Of a stretch of 64,000 nucleotides of DNA, positions 27,641 through 40,018 are shown one piece after another. Below the pieces are notes generated by a model. The model was not told where the DNA came from. It saw only the letters and a list, made by a program, of their open reading frames with translations, and searched no databases. The stretch's first letter is position 1; the number at the start of each line of letters is the position of its first letter. Made by a program: the position numbers and the translations under genes. The DNA lies in contig NC_042998.1 in assembly GCF_006345805.1 (NCBI RefSeq), forward strand, positions 162,874,001-162,938,000, in the 5' to 3' direction. The DNA comes from Octopus sinensis. Taxonomy: Eukaryota.

Positions 27641-27909
27641 TGTTTGTTCCTTCTCGAGCCACGCCTGACTCATAAGGGCCGGTTTCCCAGTTTCCTTGGC
27701 GTATTGGTTCCCCACCTGGACGTGACGCCGGTCCGTCGCAGGTGAGCTAAAAGTGAGAGAAAGAGTCAGCAGAAGTTCGCCATTACCTTCTGCCGGAGCC
27801 GCGTGGAGCTTAGGTGTTTCGCTCATAAATGCACACATCACTCGGTCTGAGATTCGAACCTGCGATACCTCGAGTCCGCTGCTCTAACCAGTAGGCCATG
27901 TGCCTCCAC
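27641..27909 (-). mobile_element. tRNA-headed SINE family E, second copy
   Basis: Collinear with 23983-24276. Confidence 0.85.
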
Positions 27910-29471
27910 AATTAATTAATTGAAGTAAATTAAATAATAATCCTTTCTACTAAAGGCACAAGGCCTGAAATTTTGAGGGAAGAAACTAGTCGATTACATC
28001 GACCCTAGTATTTCACTGGTACTTAATTCGAAAGAATGAACAGCAAAGTCGTCCTCAGCGGAATTTGAACTCAGAACTTAGACACGGATGAAATGCCGCT
28101 AAGCACTTTGCCAGGTGATTCTACCAGTTCGCCGCCCGGATAAAATAAAATAATAATGAGGGTCACTCTATAAATCTTGTCTATTCAAGGCCAACCAGGG
28201 ACCAGACAAGAAATCCATTGTACGGATTTGGAACCGGTGTACATAGAAGGACCATACGAAACTCAATACTGTGGAGCTATTTTGTCTTGTCTACTCCTTC
28301 ATCATTTTCGCACGAATTCGCTTTCACTAACCAGAATAGTAACAAAATGCAACAAAAACTTACAACAAACAACAGCCATAATAACAATAATAACAACAAC
28401 AATAGCAACGACTTCTAAAGGATAATTCATAATGATGTTGGGCTCCAAACTCATTTAAAGCCAGCAGCAGTATTAGCGCTAAGGATATCAAATACAATAT
28501 GACCAACTGTAAGCTGATACTCAGCACAGTGCTTCTCAGAACCCCACCCAGCCAGCCAAGTGTTAACATGTTATCTATCCTCTCATTCACGTTTTTCACA
28601 GACTGTGAAACCAGTTTCTTACGTAAATGAGTGCATATTTGTATGCAAATAACGCGCACACACATATATATATAGACAGAGTGAGAGTTGTATGTATGTA
28701 TGTGCGTGTATATGTATATATATATATATGTGTGTGTTCTATTTATATACAGAGAGAGATCAAAGAGTGTGTTTCTGTTTTCTATTACAAAAACATACAT
28801 CTATTCAAAATTCGAATGTCGAAGTTGGGGTACCTTGCCAGGAGCATGCATATTCCGTAAGAAGCAGGTTTACTACAACAGAATTTTAAAAAACAAATAC
28901 TACACATCAAATAAATAACTATACTTCCTGTAGAACTGCGTATCTTAATTTGCAACTGTAACCTATGCATTAACGGAACAGGTATAGCGTGGCTGTGTGG
29001 TAAGAAGCTTGCTCCCCAAACACGATTCCGGGTTCAGTCCCACTGCGTGGTACATTGAGAAAGTGTTTTCTACTATAGCCTCGGGCCGACCAAAGCTTTG
29101 TAAGTGGATTTGGTTGACGGAAACTGAAAGAAGCCCGACTACATATACATATATGTGTGTGTGCATATGACTGTGTGTGTTTGTTCCCCCATCATTGCTT
29201 GACAACTAGTGTTGGTGTGTTTACGTCCCCGTAACTTAGCAGTTTGGCAAAAGACACCAATAGAATAAGTACTAGCCTTAAAAAATAAGTCTTGGGGTCG
29301 ATTTGTTTGACTAAAATCCTTCAAGGCGGTGCTCTAGCGTGTCCGCAGTTAAATGACTGAGACAGGTAAAAGAATACACACATACTATGTGTATAATATA
29401 ATATATATATATATATGTTTCGGTCCAGAGACACTCCTACCATTATTCCTCACTTCTCCTGCTGCACCCCT

Positions 29472-29673
29472 CCTCACCTTGAATACTGTGGTCCCTCTAC
29501 TTGAAACAGGATACTGTATTAATCAAAGCACCCTAGAGCTCCATTACTAGGAATATAGACAGCATGTCAGGTCTTGGTTATTGGGATCGACTCGAGAAAC
29601 TCAATCTTTATTCCCCCCCCCATCGTCGCCGTGGGCGCTATATCATTTGTATGATGTGGAAAATATTCCAGCA
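29472..29673 (+). pseudogene. CR1-type LINE ORF2 C-terminal fragment
   Basis: PHLEYC...SLYLKQD...SITRNIDSMSGLGYWDRLEKLNLYS..RRR.RYII.MWKIF resembles the CR1 pattern PHLEYC..VWSP...LSYEERLK.LNLYSLERRR. Confidence 0.78.
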
Positions 29674-32092
29674 GTACTACCACCAAAGGACATGCTCAAC
29701 TTGTTATGGTCAAGTAATTGACAAGCAAATCTGTGATATTGAGCAGAATATTTGCTGTAGCCCATCTTTTATACCAAAACAAAACAATGTACATGATAAC
29801 ACTTCCAATTAGTTAAGATCAGAAGCCATGAGAGCCACTGCCTGATACTGCATTGGGGCATTTATTATTAATTAATATTATTGTTGCTGTTGTTGTTGTT
29901 ATTATTAGCTAAGGTGGCGAGCTGACACAATTGTTAGCGCGCTGGATGAAATGTTTAAAGGCATTTCGCCCGTCGTTACGTTCTGTGTTCAAATTCCGTC
30001 GAGGTCGACATTGCCTTTCATCCTTTCGGGATCGATGTTATCGACTATCCCCTTCCCCAAGATTTCAGGCCTTGTGCCAATAGTAGAAAGGTTTATTATT
30101 ACTATTATTACCCTTCTTAAAGCGGTAAGCTGGCAGGATCTTTAGAGTCCTGGAAGCAATGCTTCGAGGAACTTCTCCATACCCTTTATCCTCCGAGTTC
30201 AAACCTCAGCAATGTTACCTTTCATTTTTTTCGAGAATTACTGAGATCGATATAATTGACCTACTCCCTCACTTCAAAATTGCTGGTCTTGTACCAAAAT
30301 AATTGTGCGGGGGAGGGGCGCATGCTGAAGCTGATATTTTTGTTTAACCCGATTTCAAACTTGATCGAGTAGACCTTTGACCAAAGACGTTCCCTTCATG
30401 ACAATCTCGTATTTTTAGAGTTATCTAAAGCTATCATTATCTCAAATCTCCTTTCTTTTATTTTCCTTTTATTTGAGAGAAAGTTGACTGTCATTTCTTG
30501 CAATTCGACTGTCCACTTAGAGGTAATCTCATTGGCCCAATAGCAGTATTGTTAACAGTGGTAGTGCGGAGATTGTGATGACGCTGTTGCTGGTCTCCGT
30601 TTTATGTAACCTTCACCGCCAATTCTCTACTGTTCAGCCAATCGTTGGATATCTTTATATGGTTATTAGATTTCCTGATTAGATTAGGCTGACATGACCA
30701 TATAGATATAATCTTTGCCGATAGAGTGACGCAGTTGTAGGAGGAGAGAAAGAGTATAACGAACATAAGGAAAGACAGAAAGAAAGAGTAGAGAGGATTC
30801 TTTGCCGATATTGTGACACGGATGAAGGCGGCGAGCTGGCAGAATCGTTAGCGCGCCGGACGAAATGGTTGGCAGCATTTCTAAACAGTACTAATCGAGC
30901 ACTGGGTCGATGTAATCGACTGAAATCCTAACAGAAACTTCACAGTTTTGGCCCTTGTGCCTATAGTAGAAAGGCGATAGGAGACACAGATAGTAGATGA
31001 TGGAAGAGAGAAGGGGAAAGAGTGACACAGGTTAAGGAAGGGTAAGTATGGTAGAAAGAGATGAAGACACCGGTTTTGGCGTTAGTCAGGTTGTCATTGT
31101 TTCAGACTAAGCAATGATCCATGTCGATGACCCAACAAACACCAACTCGATACAGAAATATGCTTACAAGTAAGTCAACGTGGGAGCCTATACATGGTCT
31201 CTCGAACTGCTAGAACCAGCAACCAAATATCTCTCAAATCATACTCTACGATCTTGAAGATCCAGAAATTATATTTGACCATGTGCTTCTGAGTTCCCTG
31301 CATATAGGTCACAGCTGGAATATCTTTGATCATACCACTGTTTGATCAAGAATGACCTGGAGCTAAACAATGACCAACTTACACATATGTTCTCTCTTTC
31401 TCTCTCTCTCTCTTCCCCCCTCTCTCTCCCGTACCTCACACACACACACACACCTTCGAAAGGATGAAAGGTAAAGACGATGTCGGAGTATTTCGAACTC
31501 AGAACGAAAAGACGGATGAAATATGCCGTTAAGATAAGGCCGCTAATTATATAAGTGAAACTGTAGCGGTCTGTGTGTGTGTGTTTGTGTGTGTGTCTGT
31601 GTGTGTATGTGTGTGTGTGTGTGTGTGCGTGTGTGTGTTTTTACTTGTAAATGACCCTCCAAAGAGACAACTTGACCTCAGCATGTTAAAAATGAATGTA
31701 CATATCTTTATATATGGTGGTGCTCCAGCATTACCGCAGCCGCATGGCTGGAACTAATAAAATAATAAAAGAATGTATATATATATATATATGAATGTGT
31801 GAATGTATGCATGTATGTATGTATACACACGCGCGCGTGTATATATGAACGTCTATGCTGTATACATTTAGAAGGATAGATGAATGTCCTGATGTACTTT
31901 TGTCACTGTATACACAGTACCCTAATATGGTGATTTTATACATCGTATCACTAAACACAACACGACTGTATCACAACAGAGACATCTTAAGAGATGAAAA
32001 GAGACCGGATTATCCGACTAATGCTTCCCATATTTACACTATAATCTCATTATAACATCACTGGATCTGGTAAAAGATTCTCACTAACTTAT

Positions 32093-32154
<62 letters not shown>

Positions 32155-32417
32155 CTCCTTCTTACCGTTTCTCTCTCTGCCACATATACAGGCTTCACCA
32201 GCAGTAAATGTTGCTATTGAGTAATAAACAATTATATTCAATAACAACCACGCATGCACATATACACCTACGCATATACGCATACATTCACATCAAACTG
32301 TTTGACTAATCCAGAATGATACCAGCTTAATAACTGACATAGCTCTGTCAAAGCTCAGAATGCAATCTTCTGAGTTACATATGCGTCTATGTATAAGTGT
32401 GTGCGCGTGTTTGTGTG

Positions 32418-32455
<38 letters not shown>

Positions 32456-32486
32456 TTGTATACGTAGGAATACATTTTTATGTGTA

Positions 32487-32525
<39 letters not shown>

Positions 32526-33258
32526 TACAAATATTTATGTGATTATATATAATAGTTTGTATGCTTATACATGATTATATGGATATTTGTATATATATAT
32601 GGATATATGTATGTATGTATGTATGTATGCATGTATGTATGTATGTCTGTATGTATGTATGTATGTATGTATGAATGTATGCATATGAATATGTATAGAG
32701 AGACAAATAAATATTTATACGTGTGTATATATAATCTTATGTATACATATATATAATTATATGAATATTTGTATATATATATATATATATATATACATAC
32801 AAGTATGTATATGTGTGCATGTATATGTATGTGTATGCACACACATACATACTTATAACAGGCATATCAACTAATCAACCATAACTCTGGCTATGTAAAC
32901 CAGCCACTGTCCACGCTGGCGAATACTAAATCATTGGATAATAAGCATACTCCTTTACACACACATAAACACACACACACACGCACACACACACACACAC
33001 ACACACAACACACACACACACACAAACAAACTCTCACACACATATACGTACGCACACACGTACCTATGTACACACACGTATTCATACTAATCCATAAACA
33101 TACTATTACATAGAGGAAGTTTCATTTATACTAACCAGTCTACTACTGTAGATACTTTTAAGAATTGATGCGCACACATGTACTGTATAAGCTAATACAC
33201 ACATACACAGATGCTCAACCACACATATGCATACATTCATATATATATATATATTTAC

Positions 33259-33344
<86 letters not shown>

Positions 33345-33728
33345 TATATTATATATATATATACATACATATATATATAGATAGATATGCACGTATGGAT
33401 ATATGTCTAACAGTCAGTTCATAATATTGACTGGTCCGCTGCGGTATTATCTCACTATCCGATATACAGTCACCAACATAGACAGTTCCGTAAACACATA
33501 CACTCTTAAACATACTTGCAATCGCCGTTACACAGACATAGGCATACATACGCACGCAGATTAATGCTTTCACACACTCGCTCACGCACACACATACATG
33601 CACACACACACTTGTAGACACATACGCACTGATGAGCATATACGCACTCGCACTGACACATGCAATGATGTACAGCTCTCGTAAATATATATTTGAAGAT
33701 ATGCACGCTGACAATCTGTTACTATGTG

Positions 33729-33776
<48 letters not shown>

Positions 33777-33943
33777 AATTAGCGCCATCCTGATCGTCCT
33801 TATAGCCACCAACAGCCCAAAATCGCAATCATGATCATCACCATCGTCGTTGTCATCATCATCGTAATTGTCCTTATAACCACCAACAGCGCAACATTGC
33901 CACCATCGCCATCATCATCATTATCATCATCATCATCATCATC

Positions 33944-34009
<66 letters not shown>

Positions 34010-34641
34010 CCATTGACATCATGTGTGTTTCTGTTGTGTTTGTTCCCCACCGCTGTTGGACTACTGGTGATGGTTTGTTTATGTCCCCATAACAGATATA
34101 AAGATAAGTATTGGAGTCGATTTGTTCTGCTGAACCGTTCAAGAGGATGCACCAGCACGGCTGCCGTCCAATGACTGAAACAAGTAAAAGATCAAAGATG
34201 TACATGAGGGAAACTCTACACGGTCATCTGAGCAACTAGAAATGCCAGTCAAACCTCCCCTCAAATTACAGACTTCTGTCATATGTAAGACAGAACCTAT
34301 GCAGGTCGATCGAATTATGTGATTTTATGGCTGAGATGAGGTTGATAATAATTCAACTCGATGAAGCTGACCAAGGGTTAAATAACAATAATAACAACCA
34401 ACAAGTTGCAAATCAATAGAGCGCTGTGGACAGGAGCGAAAGGAATGAGACATAGTCACCAACAAAGATAGTTATGAATCTGGGTTGAAGTGTGATAATG
34501 TTGCTTAGCTCGTACCAAATCTTATCCAGAAGACTCACATTTCAGAAAACCTCTGAAACCTACTTTACAAATCCCATCTTGTGAGAACATTGTTTGGTAG
34601 TAACTTTATTATATAAAGACGTGGAGCAACAAGCTAGTGAA

Positions 34642-34972
34642 GGCGCATGGCTCAGTGGTTAGAGCGTCGAGCTTACGATCGTGAGGTTGTGAGTTCGAAT
34701 TACGGACCGGGCTGCGGGTTGTGTTCTTGCGCAAGACACTTTATTTCACGTTGCTCCAGTTCACTCAGCTGTAGAAATGTGTTGCGACGTCACTGGTGCC
34801 AAGCTGTATTGGCCTTTGCCTTTCCCTTGGATAACACTGGTGGCGTGGAGAGGGGAGTCCGGTATGCATGGGCGGCTGCTGGTCTTCCATAAACAACCTT
34901 GCCCGGACTTGTGCCTCGGAAGGCAGCTTTCTAGGTGCAATCCCACGGTCAGTCATGACCGAAGGGGGTCTC
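34642..34972 (+). mobile_element. tRNA-headed SINE family C
   Basis: tggctcagtggttagagcgtcgagcttacgatcgtgaggttgtgagttcgaat (A and B boxes) followed by gcaagacactttatttcacgttgctccagttcactcagctgtagaaatg. Second copy at 48267-48618; related minus-strand pieces at ~49300-49512 and ~59160-59715. Confidence 0.85.
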
Positions 34973-36080
34973 AGCAAAGCAACAAGCTGGCAGAATCGTT
35001 AGCACACCGGACAAAATGCTTAGCAGCATTTCTTTCGTCTTTACGTTCTAGGTTCAAATTCCGCTGAGCTCGGCTTTATCATTCATCTCTTCAAGGTCGA
35101 TAAAATAAGTACCAGCTGTAATTGACTATCCCCTCCCCAAAATTTTGGGTAGAAAGGATTGTTATAAGTTTTAAAATGCAACGAGCAAGAAGAATCGTTA
35201 GCGCGCTGGACAAAATGCTTAGCGCATTTGTCCGCCTTGAATGTTCTGAGTTTAAATTCCGCCAAGGTCAACTTAGTCTTTTATTCTTTGGAAGTTAATG
35301 GAATAACACTGAAGCCTTGTATTTGACAACCCGCTTCTCTCCAGTTTTCACTTGTACCTATGTACAATGAATTATATGAAAGTGTTATCTTCCTGCTTTT
35401 TACGTTCTGAGTTCAAATTCCATCGAGATCGACCGCGCCTGTCATATTTTCAGTGGCGATAAAATAAGTACTCGGTGAGCATTGGGATCAATTTAATCGA
35501 TCAGACCCCGCCCCTAAAACTGATGACCCAGTGCCAAAATTTGAAACCATTGTATAAAAGCTTAAGACGGTAAGGTGACAGAATCGTTACAGCACCGGAA
35601 AAATTGCTTAGCGGCATTTCTTCCGGCTCTCTACATTCAACTAGAGATATCAAAAATAAAGGCATATTGTGGGATATTTTGATAATGCCCGATGCTCTTG
35701 AGACGATAGTCGTCTTGGAAGGAAAGAAGATAATACCAATAGTTAACTGAACATTATTGCTGCTGACTCTCTGGAAACATTTTAAGGTACCACGATGCGT
35801 GCAAATTCTGTCTCTGCTATCGTCTGGTTCACATAAGTAATGCTAAGCTAAATAGCGCTACAGCCAGTGTGCATCCCATTTCCCATTTTCCGAATTAAAC
35901 AAGCGATATTTAACCCAATACCAACCAAAATGACTAAAAAAATTATATAAAATTATTAGTATTTGAATATATTCAATCAACACTGATCATTATTATAGCT
36001 AATATTTCAAATAAGTCGCATTGTAATGTGTGAATATAGATGGTTTCCCAGAATCATTAGAATGTCGATATTACGTTTTC

Positions 36081-36484
36081 GTAGTAGGCATCAATTGGTC
36101 TCGAAAGGTCATGGATCTGCGCCCAAAGAAATTGTCAGCTGTTGATAGTGGTACAGTGTCCACTAAGGTTCTAGAGGCCCACACGGGAATGGCATTCTCG
36201 CATTGAGCGACTGCATTTGAAGAAGCTCTCTGCTGGCACTAGTGACTTTTCCATCCGTCGAGTGCACTTTCTTTTTTTTTTTTTTTTGGTGGCAAGTTCA
36301 GGCTTCTCTTCCACTCCTTTTGCCAGTATTTACCTCCGTTGGCGATCATTTGCGATCCCCCTCCCATCTCATGACGCCCAGATCAAACGACTTCATATTT
36401 CTCTTGCAGACGTCCTTGAAACGAAAGGCTCTTGTGCCTGTGGACAATTCTCCATACAGGAGGAATTGACCACCATGTTTTCAT
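36081..36484 (-). pseudogene. RTE (BovB-like) LINE 3' end fragment
   Basis: Minus strand: LYGELSTGTR..FRFKDVCKRNMKSFDL...WEG.ANDR, then a FKC...ECHSRVGL zinc-knuckle remnant, then an RTE-type 3' end ccatgacctttcgagacc..gatgcctac. Confidence 0.8.
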
Positions 36485-36844
36485 AGTATTTGTTTAATTT
36501 CTTGGCGCTTTGAGTTCAAATCCCGTCGAAATGAACTTCACTTTTCATCTTTTCAGGGACGATGAATAAAGTGCTAGCCAAATACGAATGTGGATTCTTC
36601 ACCATTTTTCTTTCTGACTTTCTCTTTCTCTCCCTTACTGTCTCGCTGTATCCCTGTCACATTCACTCTTCCTTAATGTATCTCTTTTTCTCTCACTGTT
36701 TTTCTCTTTCTCTCTTACTGTATGACTCTTGACAAAATGCTTAGCGGCATTTCGTCCGTCCTTACGTTCTGAGTTCAAAATTAGCCAAGGTCGACTGTAC
36801 GTTTAATCCCTCTGGGGTCGATAAATTAAATACCAGTTGATCTC

Positions 36845-36991
36845 TACATTATTTACATTATTTACATTCGACGGATATTTGTCCTCATCTTGTTTGTTGT
36901 TAACACGTTTCGGCTGATATACTCTCCAGCCTTCATCAGGTGTCTTGGAGAAATTTCGAACCTGGGTTCTCATTCCTAAGGTATTTTTCGA

Positions 36992-37048
<57 letters not shown>

Positions 37049-37120
37049 TGTCACTGCCTGGAATCGAACTCGGATTCTTGGCGTTAGTAGCTACGTTCTT
37101 AACCACTACGCCATATGCCC
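36845..37120 (-). mobile_element. SINE family D: tRNA head + internal (AAT)n + HHR-bearing PLE-like tail
   Basis: Minus strand: GGGCATATGGCGTAGTGGTTAAG (A box) ... GAGTTCGATTCC (B box), (AAT)n, then ...CCAAGACAC-CTGATGA-A-GGCTG-GAGAGTATAT-CAGCC-GAAACG..., ending in (AATGTAAAT) repeats. Confidence 0.82.
36901..36944 (-). ncRNA. minimal type-I HHR motif, degenerate at the cleavage site
   Basis: GACAC-CUGAUGA-A-GGCUG-loop-CAGCC-GAAA-CG-U-GUUA. Core and helix II are intact, with one extra nucleotide after A9. About 3 nt including H17 are missing compared with the copies at 37131 and 43682. Confidence 0.65.
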
Positions 37121-37236
37121 GAGGGTATACCAGCCGAAACGTCGAGTTAAGAACAAACAAGATGAGGACAAATATCCGTCAAATGTAAATAATCTAAATA
37201 ATGTACATAATTCCTCATTTCTTAAATATAGAACTG
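37121..37236 (+). mobile_element. inverted partial copy of the family-D tail abutting the SINE 5' end
   Basis: gagggtataccagccgaaacGTCgagttaagaacaaacaagatgaggac...aatgtaaataat...tagaactg is the reverse complement of ~36845-36925, starts inside HHR loop II, and extends ~30 nt further 3'. Confidence 0.85.
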
Positions 37237-37749
37237 CAGTTGATCTCTGCTCTGTCCCTTTCTCTCTCACATCCTCTCTCCCTCCTTCTCTCCCTTTCTC
37301 TTCTCACCCACACCTTCTCTTTCACACACACACACACACATTCTCTGGAGGAAATCGGTTGTAATCAAAGAAAGAAAGGTTCAAATTGCTCAAGGCATGC
37401 TGCGTGTCAGATAGCTCTCCTACGACTCCACTAGGAGTTTAGGACTCAAAACAGCACAAGGCATTTGTATTCCTTGTTTTGTTTGTGAGAAAATGAAAAA
37501 AATATACTGTACCTTACGCAGCAAATACCATATTGAATATAGCTGGGATACTTCATATCAAAATAATCTCTCTCTGCCTCTCCTTTTACTACGACAGCTG
37601 CCACTGATTCTCTGAACTAGCCTTCTATGCACCACTACACCGAAGGACTTCCATCATTTTTTCTATTGACACAAGCCTAGTTAACATCCCCATCTTACTT
37701 TCGGGAACTTCACTTGGAATTCCTTCGTTATTATTATTACTGTTGGCAA

Positions 37750-38460
37750 GGCGGCGATCTGGCAGAAACATTATCTCCCCGGGCGAAATGCTTAGCGGTA
37801 TTTCGTCCGCCGTTACGTTCGGAGTTCAAATTCCGCCGAGGTCGACTTTGCCTTTCATCCTTTCGAGGTCGATTAAATAAGTGCCAGTTACGTACTGGGG
37901 TCGATATAATCGACTTAATCCGTTTGTCTGTCCTTGTTTGTCCCTCTCTGTGTTTAACTCCTTGTGGGTTGTAAAGAAATAGAAATAGGCATTTCCTCTG
38001 CCGTTACGTTCGGAGTTCAAATTCCGCCGAGGTCGACTTTGCCTTTCATCCTTTCAGGGTCGATAAATTAAGTACCAGTTACGCACTGGGGTCGATATAA
38101 TGCGTTTGTCTGTCCTTGTTTGTCCCCTCTATGTTTAGCTCCTTGTGGGCAATAAAGAAATAAGAATCGTTAACACGGCGGGGGAAATGCTCAGCGGCAT
38201 TTCGTCCGTTTTTACGTTCTGAGTTCAAATTCCGCCGAGGTCGACTTTGCCTTTCATCCCTTCGGGGTCGATGAAATATATACCAGTTGAGCTCTGGGGC
38301 CGATGTAATCAACTTAGACCCTGGCCTGGACTTGCTGACCTTGTGCTAAAATTTGAAACCATTATTGGCGAAATGCTTAGTATCATTTCGTCCGTCTGTA
38401 CGTTGAGTTCAAATTCCACCGAGGTCGATCTTGCCTATCATCCTTTCGGGGTCGATATAT
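37750..38460 (+). mobile_element. head-to-tail cluster of four family-A tRNA-SINEs
   Basis: gttcggagttcaaattccgccgaggtcgactttgcctttcatcctttc recurs four times; later copies are 5'-truncated and fused to the previous tail. Confidence 0.88.
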
Positions 38461-38476
38461 ATATCCCTCTCTCTCT

Positions 38477-38521
<45 letters not shown>

Positions 38522-39233
38522 CTCTCTCCATCTCTCTCGCTTTGGTGATTGGATATTTAGGATTGGATGGGAGACAAATAATAAAACACAAAAGGATAAT
38601 AGGATTTATGAAATAAATAAGAGGACATGAAAGTAGTGTAGAGGGATCTCCGTTACCCGCGACGATGAGCGTTTAAACTGCCCAGTCAATGGATCGGCTC
38701 ATCTATTGAACTTGCAAGAATTCCACTCATGCCCACACATACGCACACGCACACACACACCGTTGTTTTCCACATAGTTTCCATTTACCAAATTTGTTCA
38801 CAAAGAGATTTGTCCACGGTGCCACACAGTAGGACTGGACCCAAAGCTGCATGTCTGGGAAGTAAGCTTATTATTCACACTGCCACCTAGAGAGAGAAAA
38901 ACACCCGCCCAAAACACCACGCAGTCGGATCGAACCAGTGACCACATGATCTAAATCTTTTTCTTAACTATTCAGCCTTACTTCCTACATGCTGCATCCA
39001 TAAAGAGAGGATACTCAGGCATCAAATCAATCAAACAAAGTAAACGATAAAAACAATCACACTTGATGGTGACTGTATGATAAGAAGCTTGCTTCCCAAC
39101 CACATGATTCCGGGTTGATTTCGGGTTCAGTCACACTGCGTGGCAACTTGGGCAGGTGTCTTCTACTATAGCTTCGGGCCAACCAAAGCCTTGTGATCTG
39201 GTAGGCAGAAACTGAAAGACGCCCGTCGTATAT

Positions 39234-39269
<36 letters not shown>

Positions 39270-39662
39270 CTAGCAGTATCGCCCGGCGTTGCTCGGGTTT
39301 GTAAGGGAAATAACAATATAAGCATTTTTAGAGAGTTATAGCCAAAAAATAGCAAAAAAATGCATTAAAAATGGAAAAAAATGATGGTAAATTTTTTTTA
39401 AATCGTTCACTCATCGTAGACATTTTTAGAGAGTTACTTCCCTTATATAATAGTAAAAAAATGCATTAAAATGGAAAAAAATGATGGTAAATTTTTTTTA
39501 AAATCGTAGACTCATCGTAGACGCGCGCTAATACCCAGAAGGGCTCGATATGAATCTCGACTATAAGATACCCGCTTTTGGTTACACTGCACCGCAAAAT
39601 GTGGGAGTAGTTAAGAATCTAAATCGTAGGAGACAGACACACAACTTGACGTTTATATATAA

Positions 39663-39665
<3 letters not shown>
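39270..39665 (-). mobile_element. non-autonomous Helitron, inserted in the (TA)n spacer of a family-B SINE
   Basis: Minus strand 5' TCTTTATATATAAA ... 3' CCCGAGCAACGCCGGG hairpin, then CTAG. A|T insertion site, no TSD, internal tandem subrepeat. Confidence 0.85.
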
Positions 39666-39702
<37 letters not shown>

Positions 39703-39913
39703 TAATATATATGTGTGTGTGTATGTATGTATGTATGTATGTATAAGGTTAGTAGAATTAGCAGTTGGAATAACCGTCTAAGGGGTAAGGATATCGATTT
39801 TACTACCAGTATAAATTACCTATGTTAACCCTGGGCATAGATATATGCAAGCATACTATGCTCATAGGATACAGGCAATAGCAAAACTAAACTGTTGCTT
39901 TTATATATATGCA

Positions 39914-39965
<52 letters not shown>

Positions 39966-39967
39966 CA

Positions 39968-40018
<51 letters not shown>

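Noticed and set aside
34642-34715. SINE heads as genuine tRNA genes (also 24200-24276, 37047-37120, 48267-48330)
   Set aside because: A and B boxes are present, but the heads run into family-specific SINE bodies, and I saw no complete acceptor stem or T-run terminator.
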